Source: Eledone cirrhosa (lineage: Eukaryota). From it: 64,000 bases of DNA. Below the pieces are notes generated by a model. It did not search any database. It was not told the DNA's origin and was given only the letters and a program-made list of their open reading frames with translations. Position 1 is the stretch's first letter, and every line of letters starts with the position of its first letter. This document shows, in pieces, positions 1 through 18,885 of this stretch. The stretch is taken from positions 79,298,001 to 79,362,000 of the forward strand of contig OZ024745.1 of assembly GCA_964016885.1 (NCBI GenBank), written 5' to 3'. A program made the position numbers and the translations under genes.

Positions 1-65
1 GAAATAAATGTTTTCCTTGAAAATATAATAGTAAATATAAAGTAATGTAAATGCTAAAGGGTTAA
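1..65. mobile_element. Right end of a TTAA-flanked MITE (same family as 53309-53521)
   Basis: Ends in AGTAATGTAAATGCTAAAGGGTTAA, identical to the right end of the element at 53309-53521. Confidence 0.6.
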
Positions 66-319
66 CAAGCAATCCACCAGCCAGAAAAATATTTCATAAA
101 TAAAATACATAATATATTAACCTACCCATAAGGACTTGGCGTATTTTGGCGATGTATTGTTGCTCTTTGTACTTTACCAACCATGGAAAATAATGCCCGT
201 AAGCCATCCTGTAAAAGGAAGAGGTGAAAAAACACAAATCTATAAAAATTGAACATCTAATGAATATTTTAATTCTTTTAAGACAACTGAGTCAATATTT
301 TGGTATTTGAAACACTTAA

Positions 320-321
<2 letters not shown>

Positions 322-367
<46 letters not shown>
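322..367. repeat. Pure (TA)n microsatellite
   Basis: Direct reading; abuts the (CAT)n tail of the RTE copy. Confidence 0.98.
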
Positions 368-369
<2 letters not shown>

Positions 370-1590
370 TCATCATCATCATCAACGTTTAACGTCCGTG
401 TTCCACGCTTGCATGGGTTTGGACGGGGGTAGTCCCACTTGAGGCAAGAGTGATTGTCTTGCTCGCATAGGACTGTCTGGCAGGTTTTCTACAGTTGGAT
501 GCCCTTCCTAACACCAACCACATTTACAGTGTGGGTCTGGGAGGTTTTTACCGTGTTGCCTACACGGCCACATTACAGCGTGGACTGTGTGTTTTTTTGT
601 CGTGACACCTACACGATCTCATTTGTTTCGGCCTCGATGGCGCGGCACCAACATAACTTTACATAGAACGGGGTGGTGTGGATCGGGTGGGGGTGGTGGT
701 GGTGGGACGGGGTGTATTTTGTTAGAGATGCCTACTGGCTGGAGTAGGTTTTACTATATATTTAGGTAAGGCGGGTCTTCTCTGTTACTGAGTACCGCCA
801 AAGGTCTCGGTCCAGTGACATTGTCTTGGAGAGGTGTAAGTGTGTGATGTCGGAGTTTATCAGCTCGTCCCAGGTTTTTCTAGGTCTGCCTATTCCGTGA
901 CTACCGTCTATCTTTATTGCCCTGCACTTTGTTATACAGCTATCGACTTTCATGCGCATCACGTGTCCATACCAACGTAGCCTTCTCTCGAGTAAACAAC
1001 ATCTGATCCCTCTTATCTCTAATTTTTTCCTTAGTTCGTTTATGCTTTGCCGTTCACGTATATTACTGTTACACATCCAGCGGAGCATGCAAGCTTCGTT
1101 CCTCTCTAGTCTGCGTATATCCTCTGCACACAATGCCCAGGTCTCACTGCCATGCAGCATTGCTGTTCGTATGCAGGCATCGTACAACCTGCCTTTCATT
1201 TTTAGTGAGAACCCTTTAGCAGCTAATAGTGGTATAAGCTCTCTGAACTTTTTCCAACCAGTTCTGACTCTAGCTACAGTACTTTCAGAGCACCCTCCCC
1301 CACTGCTGATTTTATCGCCCAGGTAACGGAAGCTGTCCACTATTTCTATAGAACCCTCTACGCAATTGAAAGAGCTAGTAGTTTGTGGGCACTTGCTGCT
1401 ACTTATTGCACCAGAGCACCGGCCACATGTAAAATCTATGTTCTTAGTTAGCTTACCTGTGATCCCACTACATCTTTTATGCACCCATACTTTGCATTTA
1501 GGACATAAAATGGAGTTTCTACCTACGCCTTTCCTACACACCGAGCACGACCATTTCCCAGAAGGGACCGCCGCCTTGTTTTCTTTCCTA
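368..1590 (-). mobile_element. 5'-truncated RTE-clade LINE, family A2, copy 1 (PHD finger, RT C-terminal region, ~380-nt 3' UTR, (GAT)n tail)
   Basis: ORF 762-1541 has RTE C-terminal motifs ([30 protein letters not shown]). It is near-identical to 41330-42560 and 46178-46881, and the tail reads (CAT)n on +. Confidence 0.95.
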
Positions 1591-1852
1591 CAATATATAT
1601 ATATATATATGCTTCAACTAGAGTATAAACAAATCCAATCCATGCCCCTGTGAACTCAAGCAAATGTAAACCACAATCCTATAATCATCCCTCCTCCCAA
1701 CACTGTATCATATTAGCCATAAATTAAATTCAGACACGTCCTCCAAGACATGTCCTACCAGTCCTCACGATCAAACAGCATATAGTTTTGGGGTTTGTTT
1801 TTCAATGCTGGCATCGGTTGGATAAGACTCTTTGAGGCTACTCTATAGCTGA

Positions 1853-1928
1853 ATATATATATATATACATATATATACATACTTATATATATACATACAC
1901 ATATATATATACATATACATATACACAC

Positions 1929-1960
<32 letters not shown>

Positions 1961-2148
1961 ATATACATATACATATACATATATATATATACATATACAC
2001 ATATATATATACATATATACATATACACATATATATATACATATATATATATACATATACACATATATATATACATATATACATATACACATATATATAT
2101 ACATATATATATATACATATACACATATATATATACATATATATATAC

Positions 2149-2195
<47 letters not shown>

Positions 2196-3111
2196 CATAT
2201 ATATATATACATATATATATACACATATATATATACACATATACATATATATATACACATATACATATACATATATACATATATATATACACATATACAT
2301 ATACATATATATATATACATATATATATACACATATACATATATATACATATATACATATATATATACACATATATATATATACACATATATATATATAT
2401 ACATATACATATATATATACATATACATATATATATACATATATATATACATATATATATACATATATATATACATATACATATACATATATATATACAT
2501 ATATATATACATATACATATACATATACATATATATATACATATACATATACACATATACACATACATATATATATATACATATATATATATACATACAT
2601 ACATATATATATATACATACATATATATATATACATACATATATATATATACATATATATATATACATACATATACATATATATATATACATACATATAC
2701 ATATACATACATATACATATATACATATACATATACATATATATATATACATACATATACATATATACATATACATATATATATATACATACATATACAT
2801 ATATACATACATATACATATATATATATACATACATATACATATATATATATACATACATATACATATATATATATACATACATATACATATATATATAT
2901 ACATACATATACATATATATATATACATACATATACATATATATATATACATACATATACATATATATATATACATACATATACATATATATATATACAT
3001 ACATATACATATATATATATACATACATATATATATATATATACATACATATATATATATATACATATATATATATACATACATATATATATATATACAT
3101 ACATATACATA

Positions 3112-3145
<34 letters not shown>

Positions 3146-3149
3146 CATA

Positions 3150-3183
<34 letters not shown>

Positions 3184-3302
3184 CATATATATATATACAT
3201 ACATATACATATATATATATACATATACATATATATATATATACATACATACATATACATATATACATACATATACATACATATACATATACATACATAT
3301 AC
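1853..3302. repeat. Compound (TA)n/(TACA)n microsatellite, C-type on + strand
   Basis: Direct reading. Confidence 0.98.
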
Positions 3303-4275
3303 ATGATGGCTGCCCCCTCGTTATCGAGTATGGCCATTGCACGAGAAGAAAAATAAAAAAATAATAATAATAAATAAATAAAAAAAGAAAAAAAAAAGAA
3401 AAAGAAATAAATATACAACAACAACGACAACAACAACGACAACAACAACAATATACATATACACACACACGCACAAGCATATCTACACACACACACACAC
3501 ACACAATAGCAACTAACAGCACTGCGATCGAATGTGGCTTTTTAGCCCAGCCAATGATCTAAAATGTTTTGCACAGAGTCGGCAACCAAAACATTTACTG
3601 GGAATAATCGGCTGTGGTTAGAGTTATGTACTTTTGCATGTCGCTTGAGCCCTCCTGCTGATTTACATTCTCTATCACATGTTTGGCAAGCATGATGAGT
3701 AGCATCTCCAACAGCAGCCTGGTAGTCAACCACTGGTCTTACTTTATGACTGCGAAGATGACTTTCGAGTCCAGCTTTGCTTAGGCAGAGTCTCGCACAG
3801 ACGCTGCATGTCAGCACCATAGGAGGACCCTCGCCGTCTGGAAGTGCAACAGCAATGCCCTTCCTCACATCCCGCTTTACTTTCTCGTATGCGATTCGAG
3901 ATGCCCCAAAGGCAACTTTTCCCTCATATACAGTCTTTCTCCATTTATTACGATCAGCAGCAATATTCTCGCATGTATCAGCAGAGATGTTAGCGTCTTT
4001 CAAAGAGGCTTTCAAGGAATCCTTATACCTCTTTTTTGGTTTATGTGGCTGTCGTTTTCCTTTAACCAACTCTCCATAAAAGAGTTGTTTTGGTATTCTA
4101 GAATCCTTCATCCTGGCAAGGTGACCACTCCAACGGAGTCGTTGCTTAAGCACAAGAGCTTCTATACCGTCACACAGAGCTTTCCAAAATTTCGACATCA
4201 CTGATGTGGTCACGCCATGGATCCGTCTGAGACACATCTAATGGAAACGCTCCAATTGCTTAAGGTGGTGTCGAT
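3302..4275 (-). mobile_element. 5'-truncated RTE-clade LINE, family B, copy 1, with C-terminal C2H2 zinc fingers
   Basis: ORF 3542-4237 has RLRWSGHLARM, RIPKQLFYGEL and PKKRYKD (RTE/BovB-like), then fingers CSVC..H..H and CQTC..H..H. The 3' terminal hairpin is CTCG-ATAA-CGAG. A second copy lies at 49811-50861. Confidence 0.9.
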
Positions 4276-4446
4276 ATATACATAATATATATATATACAT
4301 ATATATATACATATATATATACATACATATATATATATATATACATATATATATACATACATATATATATACATACATATATATATACATACATATATAT
4401 ACATATATATATACATACATATATATATACATACATATATATATAC

Positions 4447-4479
<33 letters not shown>

Positions 4480-4598
4480 CATACATATATATATACATAT
4501 ATATATATACATATATACATATACATACATATATATATACACATATATATATACATATATATATACACATATATATATACATATATATATATATATAC

Positions 4599-4629
<31 letters not shown>

Positions 4630-4660
4630 CATATATATATACATATATATATATATATAC

Positions 4661-4696
<36 letters not shown>

Positions 4697-4727
4697 ATAC
4701 ATACATATATATATATATACATACATA

Positions 4728-4759
<32 letters not shown>

Positions 4760-4803
4760 CATATATATATATACATATATATATATACATTATATATATA
4801 TAC

Positions 4804-4850
<47 letters not shown>

Positions 4851-4855
4851 CATAC

Positions 4856-4910
<55 letters not shown>

Positions 4911-4942
4911 CATATATATATATATACATACATATATATACA

Positions 4943-4974
<32 letters not shown>

Positions 4975-5128
4975 CATATATATATATACATATATATACA
5001 TATATATACATATATATACACATATACATATATATATACATATATATATATACATATATATATACATATATATATATACATATATATACATACATATATA
5101 TATATACATACATATATATATACATACA

Positions 5129-5160
<32 letters not shown>

Positions 5161-5811
5161 CATATATATACATATATATACATACATATATACATACATA
5201 CATACATACATACACATATATAAATACATACATACATATACAAATATATATATAAATACATATATATATACATATATAAATACATATATATACATATATA
5301 AATACATATATATACATATATAAATACATATATATACATATATAAATACATATATATACATATATAAATACATATAAATACATATATAAATACATATAAA
5401 TACATATATATACATATATAAATACATATATATACATATATAAATACATATATATACATATATAAATACATATATATACATATATAAATACATATAAATA
5501 CATATATAAATACATATAAATACATATATATACATATATATACATACATATATATATATATACATATATATATACATATATATATACATATATATATACA
5601 TATATATATACATACATATATATATACATATATATATATACATATATATATATACATATATATATATACATATATATATATACATATATATATACATATA
5701 TATATACATATATATATACATATATATATACATATATATATATACATATATATATACATATATATATATACATATATATATATACATATATATATATACA
5801 TATATATATAC

Positions 5812-5844
<33 letters not shown>

Positions 5845-5857
5845 CATATATATACAC

Positions 5858-5906
<49 letters not shown>

Positions 5907-5914
5907 TATATATA

Positions 5915-5948
<34 letters not shown>

Positions 5949-5954
5949 TATACA

Positions 5955-6000
<46 letters not shown>

Positions 6001-6376
6001 ACATATATATATATACATATATATATATACATATATATACATATATATACATATATATATATACATATATATACATATATATATATACATATATATATAT
6101 ACATATATACATATATATATATACATATATATATATACATATATATACATATATATATATACATATATATATATACATATATATACATATATATATATAC
6201 ATATATATATATACATATATATACATATATATACATATATATATATACATATATATATATACATATATATACATATATATACATATATATATATACATAT
6301 ATATATATACATATATATACATATACATATATATACATATATATATATACATATATATATATATACATATATATAC

Positions 6377-6407
<31 letters not shown>

Positions 6408-6467
6408 CATACATATATATATATACATATATATATATACATATATATATATATAACATATATATAC

Positions 6468-6498
<31 letters not shown>

Positions 6499-6563
6499 CA
6501 TATATATACATATATATATATACATATATATATATACATATATATATATATACATATATATAC

Positions 6564-6594
<31 letters not shown>

Positions 6595-6683
6595 CATATA
6601 TATACATATATATATATACATATATATATATACATATATATATACATATATATATATACATATATATATACATATATATATAC

Positions 6684-6714
<31 letters not shown>

Positions 6715-6753
6715 CATATATATATATACATATATATATACATATATATATAC

Positions 6754-6787
<34 letters not shown>

Positions 6788-6790
6788 TAC

Positions 6791-6839
<49 letters not shown>

Positions 6840-6840
6840 C

Positions 6841-6888
<48 letters not shown>

Positions 6889-6893
6889 TATAC

Positions 6894-6978
<85 letters not shown>

Positions 6979-7026
6979 CATACATACATATATACATATA
7001 TATATATATACATATATATATTATAT

Positions 7027-7057
<31 letters not shown>

Positions 7058-7465
7058 CATACACATATATATATATACATATATATATATACATATATAT
7101 ATATACACATATATATATATATATATACACATATATATATATATATATACACATATATATATATACATATATATATACATATATACATATACATACATAT
7201 ATATATACATATACACATACATATACACATATATATATACATATACACATACATATATATATACATATACACATATATATATACATATACACATATACAT
7301 ATACACATATACATATACATACATATATATACACATATATATACATATACATATACATACATATATATACACATATATATACATATATACATATATATAC
7401 AAATATATATACATATACATATACATATATACATATATATATATACATACATATATATATATATA
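4276..7465. repeat. Compound (TA)n/(TACA)n microsatellite with a TAAA-variant block (~5220-5525)
   Basis: Direct reading. Confidence 0.98.
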
Positions 7466-7468
7466 ATA

Positions 7469-7527
7469 TCGTCCCACCCTTGCAAGCAGGGAAAAGCGGA
7501 CGTAAAATGATGATGATGATGATGATG
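7469..7527 (+). mobile_element. 3'-terminal tip of RTE family C (or of the SINE that uses it) with (GAT)n tail
   Basis: CGTCCCACCCTTGCAAGCAGGGAAAAGCGGACGTAAAATGATG is the reverse complement of about 48258-48300. Confidence 0.85.
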
Positions 7528-7555
7528 TATATATATATATGTATATATATATATG

Positions 7556-7604
<49 letters not shown>

Positions 7605-7643
7605 GTGTATATATATATATATGTGTATATATATATATATGTG

Positions 7644-7700
<57 letters not shown>

Positions 7701-8014
7701 TTCCACATCTAGAATAAGGAGCAGGTATTGCAATAGCCTGGGATTCAAGGGCCCTCAACTCTTCAACAGGCTGCGAGGCATCTGTGAGACTTGCATGACG
7801 TGGAGGTGGATGTCTTTAAGAAACATCTCGACACCTTGTTATCCAGGATCCCGGATGAGCCCACAGCAAGACACGAGGGAAACCTAAGGGCAGCAGCAAC
7901 AAACTCCCTCCTACACCAGTGGCCAACCTATACAGGCTGGAGATAAAATGTGTAGCAACAAGGGCGGTGCCCCAGCATGGCCTCAGCCGGATGGCTGAAA
8001 CAGGTAAAAGAGTA

Positions 8015-8016
<2 letters not shown>
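7701..8016 (+). mobile_element. 3' fragment of a CR1/L2-group LINE
   Basis: With one frameshift it reads [38 protein letters not shown], a CR1-group C-terminus. The 3' end is GCGGTGCCCCAGCATGGCC..GCTGAAACAGGTAAAAGAGTAA. Confidence 0.75.
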
Positions 8017-8106
<90 letters not shown>

Positions 8107-8113
8107 ATATATA

Positions 8114-8184
<71 letters not shown>

Positions 8185-8245
8185 ATATATATATATATAT
8201 GTGTGTATATATATATATATATGTGTGTGTATATATATATATATA

Positions 8246-8276
<31 letters not shown>

Positions 8277-8291
8277 GTGTGTATATATATA

Positions 8292-8342
<51 letters not shown>

Positions 8343-8350
8343 ATATATGT

Positions 8351-8697
8351 GGAGGCACATGGCTTAGTGGTTAGAGCATTGGGCTTGCAATCGAAAGGTT
8401 GTGAGTTCAATTCTCAGACCGGGTGATGTGTTGTTTCCTTGAGCAAGACACTTTATTTCACATTGCTCCAGTTTACTCAGCTGTAGAAATGAGATGATAG
8501 GGACTGGGGTCCCTATCATTCCACTGCAAAGTGGTCGTGGAGGTGCCACGGCAAAAAAGCACCCAGCACTCACTGTAAATGAGGTTGGTGTTAGGAAGGG
8601 CATCCAGCTGTAGAAATCAAGCCAGAATCAGTTCCCGTCCCACCCTTGCAAGCAGGGAAAAAGCGGACGTAAAATGAAATGATGATGAAATGATGAT
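8351..8697 (+). mobile_element. Full-length tRNA-derived SINE with RTE-derived 3' part
   Basis: A box TGGCTTAGTGG, B box GAGTTCAATTC, CORE-like CCTTGAGCAAGACACTT segment, 3' half matching RTE 3' sequences in this window, and a (GAT)-rich tail. Confidence 0.9.
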
Positions 8698-8727
8698 ATA
8701 TATGTGTATATATATATATATATATAC

Positions 8728-9003
<276 letters not shown>

Positions 9004-9020
9004 GTGTATATATATATATA

Positions 9021-9087
<67 letters not shown>

Positions 9088-9089
<2 letters not shown>

Positions 9090-10157
9090 GAAGTAATTCC
9101 ATCGGAAAAGTCCAGGAAAAAAGAGTGCTCTATGTAAGCAACAGAGCTTAATTATTATTATTATGTAATAAACAACATAAGGCAATTATTCCATTTACCA
9201 GTGGTTTCTTAAAAGCAAAAGGTTTTGCTTTCAATCCTCAGAATGAAAAATCATGGTTTGTTTATTGAATACACATACACATAGGTATGTGAAGGGCAAA
9301 ACAAAAAGAATATATGGGGGGGGGGGGGGCTAAGAGGAGGTAAAAAATATAAGGGGAGGAAGGGAGAAAATTTTTTTTAAAAACAAGAGTACAGAAGGTA
9401 GAAGCAGCAAATAAAAGCCGTAGCAAAAGTAAAGAGCAGAGAAGGAGTTCAAGGCGGTTGATTTATCGTAGGAGTGTCAATCTAGTTACAGATCAGATGC
9501 GGACAGCATCTGAAGATCTCAGTCTTAGAGTTAAGGCAAGCGGAAGTGTCTCTCAAGTTTAGCAAAATCCTATACTTTTCTGTGGTACACAAAGAACAAT
9601 TCTTTGTGCCCCTTTGGTACTCCCTCGAATGGTCTAATATAGACCAATCAATAGAGTACGGGATATTACTATCCTTGAGATCCATACCTTACTTGCGAGG
9701 GCCGTTGATGTTCGTTTATCTGGTTTTAAACCTGTCCTGGGTCATACCGACATATCGCTCGCTTCTGGCTGGCTGGTTGTTGATAACTGGCGTTATTTTA
9801 GCCTCATAAACGACAGATTTTGTGTTACATTTACCCTGCAATGGGCATTCATCCGGCTTCCTTCAACTGCATCCTGGATTTATCCTCGTACGGTTTGAAC
9901 TGGTGATTTTGGATTTCATGGATGGACAACAAGAGTAGCTGATCTTAACTACATTCCTATTAAAAATCTTATAATATCTATGAATAGGAGGAAAATGTTT
10001 GTCTAATAGTTCAAGGAATTTCCTTCCTACATTAGTTTTGACATTTAGAGAGAAGGGGGGTGTGAACCAATGTCAAAACTAATGTAGGAAGGAAATTCCT
10101 TGAACTATTAGACAAACATTTTCCTCCTATTCATAGATATTATAAGATTTTTTAATA
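9088..10157 (-). mobile_element. 5'-truncated Penelope-like retroelement (C-terminal GIY-YIG endonuclease, 3' UTR, hammerhead) with inverted 5' end
   Basis: The decayed minus-strand frame reads WFTPPFSLNVKTNVGRKFL..KISYSC..CPLQGKC..VVYEAK..YVGMT..FKTR..CSLCTTEKYRIL..LNSKTEI..CPH. This is the Cys-rich linker plus GIY-YIG domain typical of PLEs. Confidence 0.9.
9189..9248 (-). ncRNA. Type-I hammerhead ribozyme motif
   Basis: Minus strand TTTCATT-CTGAGGA-TTGAAAGCAAAA-CC-TTTTGCTTTTAA-GAAACC-ACT-GGT-A-AATGGAA. It has the CUGANGA/GAAA core, stems I, II and III, and a GUA cleavage triplet. Confidence 0.85.
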
Positions 10158-12143
<1,986 letters not shown>

Positions 12144-12144
<1 letters not shown>

Positions 12145-12750
12145 GTGGCTGCCAACTCGTTTTCGAGTACGGCCACTGCTTTATAATCCATGTAGGAGAA
12201 CCCCTACCGATGCGCTGAACGAATGTGACTTTTTAGTCCAGCCAGCGACTTGAAAACTCTGGTACAAAGACTACACTTGTGACCATTATTGACACATAGT
12301 GCATCATATTGACCATGTGATAACAAGTGCAGAGAGATCTCCAGATATAAAGCAATGCCTGTGCTGTGAAGCTTTTATAGTGAGCAAAGGCACTGCACAA
12401 AGCCAGTCCCACTCTCTTAACCAAGATGATATTTACCAAAAAGAAGAACAAGTCAACATCATTGGATACCATCAGGGTTGCAGGTGTTATATCAGAGTTT
12501 TCCTTCTCCTAGAATTCTGCCTTGACAAAGGCTAAGGGGTCATCTCTCCCAGTGATTTTGGATGGCCATTGACTCTTAAGAGCTCCTTTGCCCTTTGACA
12601 GGTTTTGTTTTTAGTCCTGCAGGATGTCCAAAGTCACCCTCCTCACCAAGAAACCTTGGTGGGGTTGCCAGTTTAGTCGCCAACGACCCGACCATGAGAC
12701 AGGTTGTACTGGGATACATGTTACCAGTAGCACCAACTGGTGACCTGACA
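12144..12750 (-). mobile_element. Internally deleted (bipartite) non-autonomous RTE element
   Basis: An RTE 5'-UTR-like motif (CTAGGAGAAGGAAAACTCTGAT) is joined to a last C2H2 finger ([22 protein letters not shown]) and a family-B-like 3' hairpin (CTCG-AAAA-CGAG..GGCAGCCA). Confidence 0.7.
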
Positions 12751-15297
<2,547 letters not shown>

Positions 15298-15318
15298 ATC
15301 CTGATGATTTCTAATGAC

Positions 15319-15838
15319 TTCTAGTGGCAAGGGAGGGTGGTGGATGGGGGGGGGGGGTATTTAGATACACAGGAACACTGCATGGCACAGGCAGTTTTTT
15401 CTATGGGGAGTGGTCAATTAGCCAGAGTGCTTTTTTGAAATAAATAAATAAGTAAATAAATAGATAAAAGAATATATAAATAGATAAATGAATAAATAAA
15501 TAAAATAAATAAAGAAATAAATAAAAAATAAATAAATAAAGACCCCCAAGAATAGTAATTCAACAGATATATAGTAGGGAAATTTTTTAGGTGGGTTGGT
15601 AATAGAAATTAAACATTTAACAAGAAGGAATCATGGCACAGACTGGGGTGAGTGGTCAAGTTAACATACAAGCCACAGGTGGCCAGAGTGTTTTTGTAGA
15701 ATGGAAAGAATAAAATATATTTACATACTCACAACCACATACAAAAACACTTACACACACACATATACATATATACTTACATATATATACACACACACAC
15801 ATACATATGTGTGTGTGTGTGTGCACACCTACACATTC

Positions 15839-15885
<47 letters not shown>

Positions 15886-16328
15886 TGTGTGTGCATACAC
15901 ATACACACACACATATACACACACACACACACACATACATACACATATATACATATATACACAGGAAAAACACAAACACACAAATATACACACACACGCA
16001 TACACATACACACACATATATATATATATATATATACACATACACACGCGCGCATACATATACACATACACACATATATATATACATATATATGCATACA
16101 TACACACACACATATACATATATATATACACGCCTACAAGTATGTATGTCTCTCTCGTGTAAACTATACTATACATACACATACATACATTTGCACACAC
16201 ATACATACACACACACACACACACAAACACATACATTCACACATAAATATACATATATACACATACACACACACATAGATATATAATCTCATATATATAT
16301 ACATATACATACATATACATACATATAC

Positions 16329-16383
<55 letters not shown>

Positions 16384-17874
16384 CATACACATATACATAC
16401 ATATACATACACACACACACACACACATATATATACGCACATACATACACACGCATACACATTTACAAGCAAACACGCATACATACAAATAAGTACACAA
16501 ACGCATATGCACAAAACACGCACTCGTTCGCACTCATACATGTGTGTATAATATAAAGGTAGTGGGACAAATTTTAAATTTTAAACTGGGCCTGATAGAG
16601 GATTAAAATAATTAATGTCACTATTAAGTTATTAATAGTATCATCAAGTAATTAATTACTATTTATTATTTATTACCTACTATTTACCATTCACTATTCG
16701 TTACCTATCTTTTATCCTATATCTAATACCTAATCATTCACTCATAAATAAATTAATAAATAAATGAAAGAGTTAACTAACAAACGAACAAACAAACAAA
16801 TAAACCAGTAAATAAGCAAATAAATAAACAAGTAAATAAATAAATAAATAAGTAAATAAAGTAACTAAATAAATATACAAGTTAAATAGATAAATAAATC
16901 ATGAACGTGTGCGTGCAGCAGTTCATAACTGCACGTATGCAAACATGAGCAGGTATATACGTGAATTTGTGTGTGCGGCCACGGAACTTTACTCAGAGGC
17001 ATACAACACAATATATAAGACCTGGAGGGGAGGAAAGAAGGTAATAATGAGAGATGGAGGGGAGGAAAGAGGGTAATAATGAGAGATGGAGGGACGGAAA
17101 TGGGAAGGGGGGCTGGGGTGGGGTGGTGATATGAGGGGGGGGGTCAGTCGGGGGGCCGGGGGGGTCTGTAGTTTTTGTAATTTGCATAGTTCTTGTGCAT
17201 GCAATTAGGGGAGTGTTCCGAGATCTTGTTGAGGAGAGGGCCTTTGGCGAATAGAATCTCATAGCTCTCGGAGATACAGAGGTCACAGCAATTATGGCCT
17301 CCCGTGTATGATCGCGCTCTCTGGAGTAGTCTCCATTGGGTCTTGAAGGGGATGGAGTTCCTTTTTAGGTGCCAGATGTGGGCGGCGAGTGTAGTTTGGT
17401 TGGATTTGTCTGGGCGCCGGAACGAGTGTGTGTGGGCGTACCAGCGAGTCTTAAAACTATTAGAAGTCATCCCGATGTACGAGTTTCTTTTTTCATCGGG
17501 GCCTGAGAGTACATCGCATATATACACAAGATCTTTTTTTAGACAGTTGTTGTTGAGAGGGCAGGTCGTCTTATCAGGGCAATTGCAGTTGCTATCGGTT
17601 GCTGGATGGGCTTCGGAAAAAGTAGACTTATTTAGCTTCTTGATGTTGTTGTTGGCTAAGTTTCTGGCTAGATTAGGTGTGGTAGAGTAAGAGAGTCTAA
17701 TGGTATTCTTATTAAGGATAGTATAGTACCTATGTTGGGTGGGGAAGTGTTTTTGTAAGAGAGTGAAGAAAATTTTAGCTACAGGTGTGGAAACTTCTCG
17801 GTTGAAGGGGGGGTTGTACCAGCTAATGTGCCTTCGCCTATTCTTCCTGGGTGGGCGTGGGGCTATAGTATAGT

Positions 17875-17875
<1 letters not shown>
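15319..17875 (-). mobile_element. Penelope-like element fragment: GIY-YIG C-terminal ORF (17144-~17875) plus probable long low-complexity 3' UTR
   Basis: Uninterrupted frame [49 protein letters not shown]. The extent of the UTR is inferred. Confidence 0.85.
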
Positions 17876-17913
<38 letters not shown>

Positions 17914-18072
17914 CATACATACATACATATACATACATATATATACATACATACATACATATATATACATATATATATATATACACATACATACATACAT
18001 ACATACATATATACATATACATATATACATATACATATACATATATACATATATACATATATATATATATAC

Positions 18073-18120
18073 ATATCCTGATGATTTCTAATGAATGAAA
18101 CAGTTCTAGTCCTGTAGAAT
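18073..18120 (+). ncRNA. Minimal type-I hammerhead ribozyme motif (weak stem I)
   Basis: ATATC-CTGATGA-TTTC-TAAT-GAAT-GAAACAG-TTCTAGTC-CTGT-A-GAAT. The core, stem III and GUA triplet are present; stems I and II are short. A truncated copy lies at about 15295-15318. Confidence 0.65.
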
Positions 18121-18203
18121 CTCATCTACATTAAAACTTTTATACTCTGCTGTGTATTGAGTACCTTACTTACTGTGGTTACCTTCGATTCAACCCGGAA
18201 TAA

Positions 18204-18885
18204 TATACATATATATATATATACATATATATATACATATATATATACATATACATATATACATATACATATATACATATACATATATACATATACATAT
18301 ATATATATACATATATATATATACATATATATATATACATATATATATATACATATATATATATACATATATATATATACATATATATATATACATATAT
18401 ATATATACATATATATATATACATATATATATATACATATATATATATACATATATATATATACATATATATATATACATATATATATATACATATATAT
18501 ATATACATATATATATATACATATATATATACATATATATATACATATATATATACATATATATATATACATATATATATATACATATATATATACACAT
18601 ATATATATACATACATATATATATATATACATATACATATATATATATACATATACATATACATATACACATATATATATACATATACACATATATATAT
18701 ACATAAACATATATATATACATATACATAAACATATATATATACATATACATATATATATATACATATACACATATATATATACATATACACATATATAT
18801 ATACATAAACATATATATATACATATACATATATATATACATATACATAAACATATATATATACATATACACATATATATACATA
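18204..18885. repeat. Compound (TA)n/(TACA)n microsatellite
   Basis: Direct reading. Confidence 0.98.

Noticed and set aside
952-1653. Antisense ORFs over RTE coding regions (also 19317-21866, 48293-49684, 56228-57225)
   Set aside because: Shadow frames of the LINE ORF with no independent motifs.
1611-1852. Unique-looking island between TA arrays with possible pseudoknot pairing
   Set aside because: Part matches an old RTE/SINE tail on the minus strand (TCCAACCGATGCCAGCATTGAAAA); no ribozyme core or ORF was found.
8351-8425. tRNA-like sequence with A and B boxes
   Set aside because: There is no proper acceptor stem and it continues into a SINE body and tail; it is a SINE head, as is 50120-50199.
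12640-12750. Possible HDV-like ribozyme at the RTE 5' end (CCAGT/ACTGG, ACC/GGT, GTCG/CGAC, CTAA)
   Set aside because: I could not build P1 and P1.1 in the required order. A covariance-model search would be needed, so it is not called.
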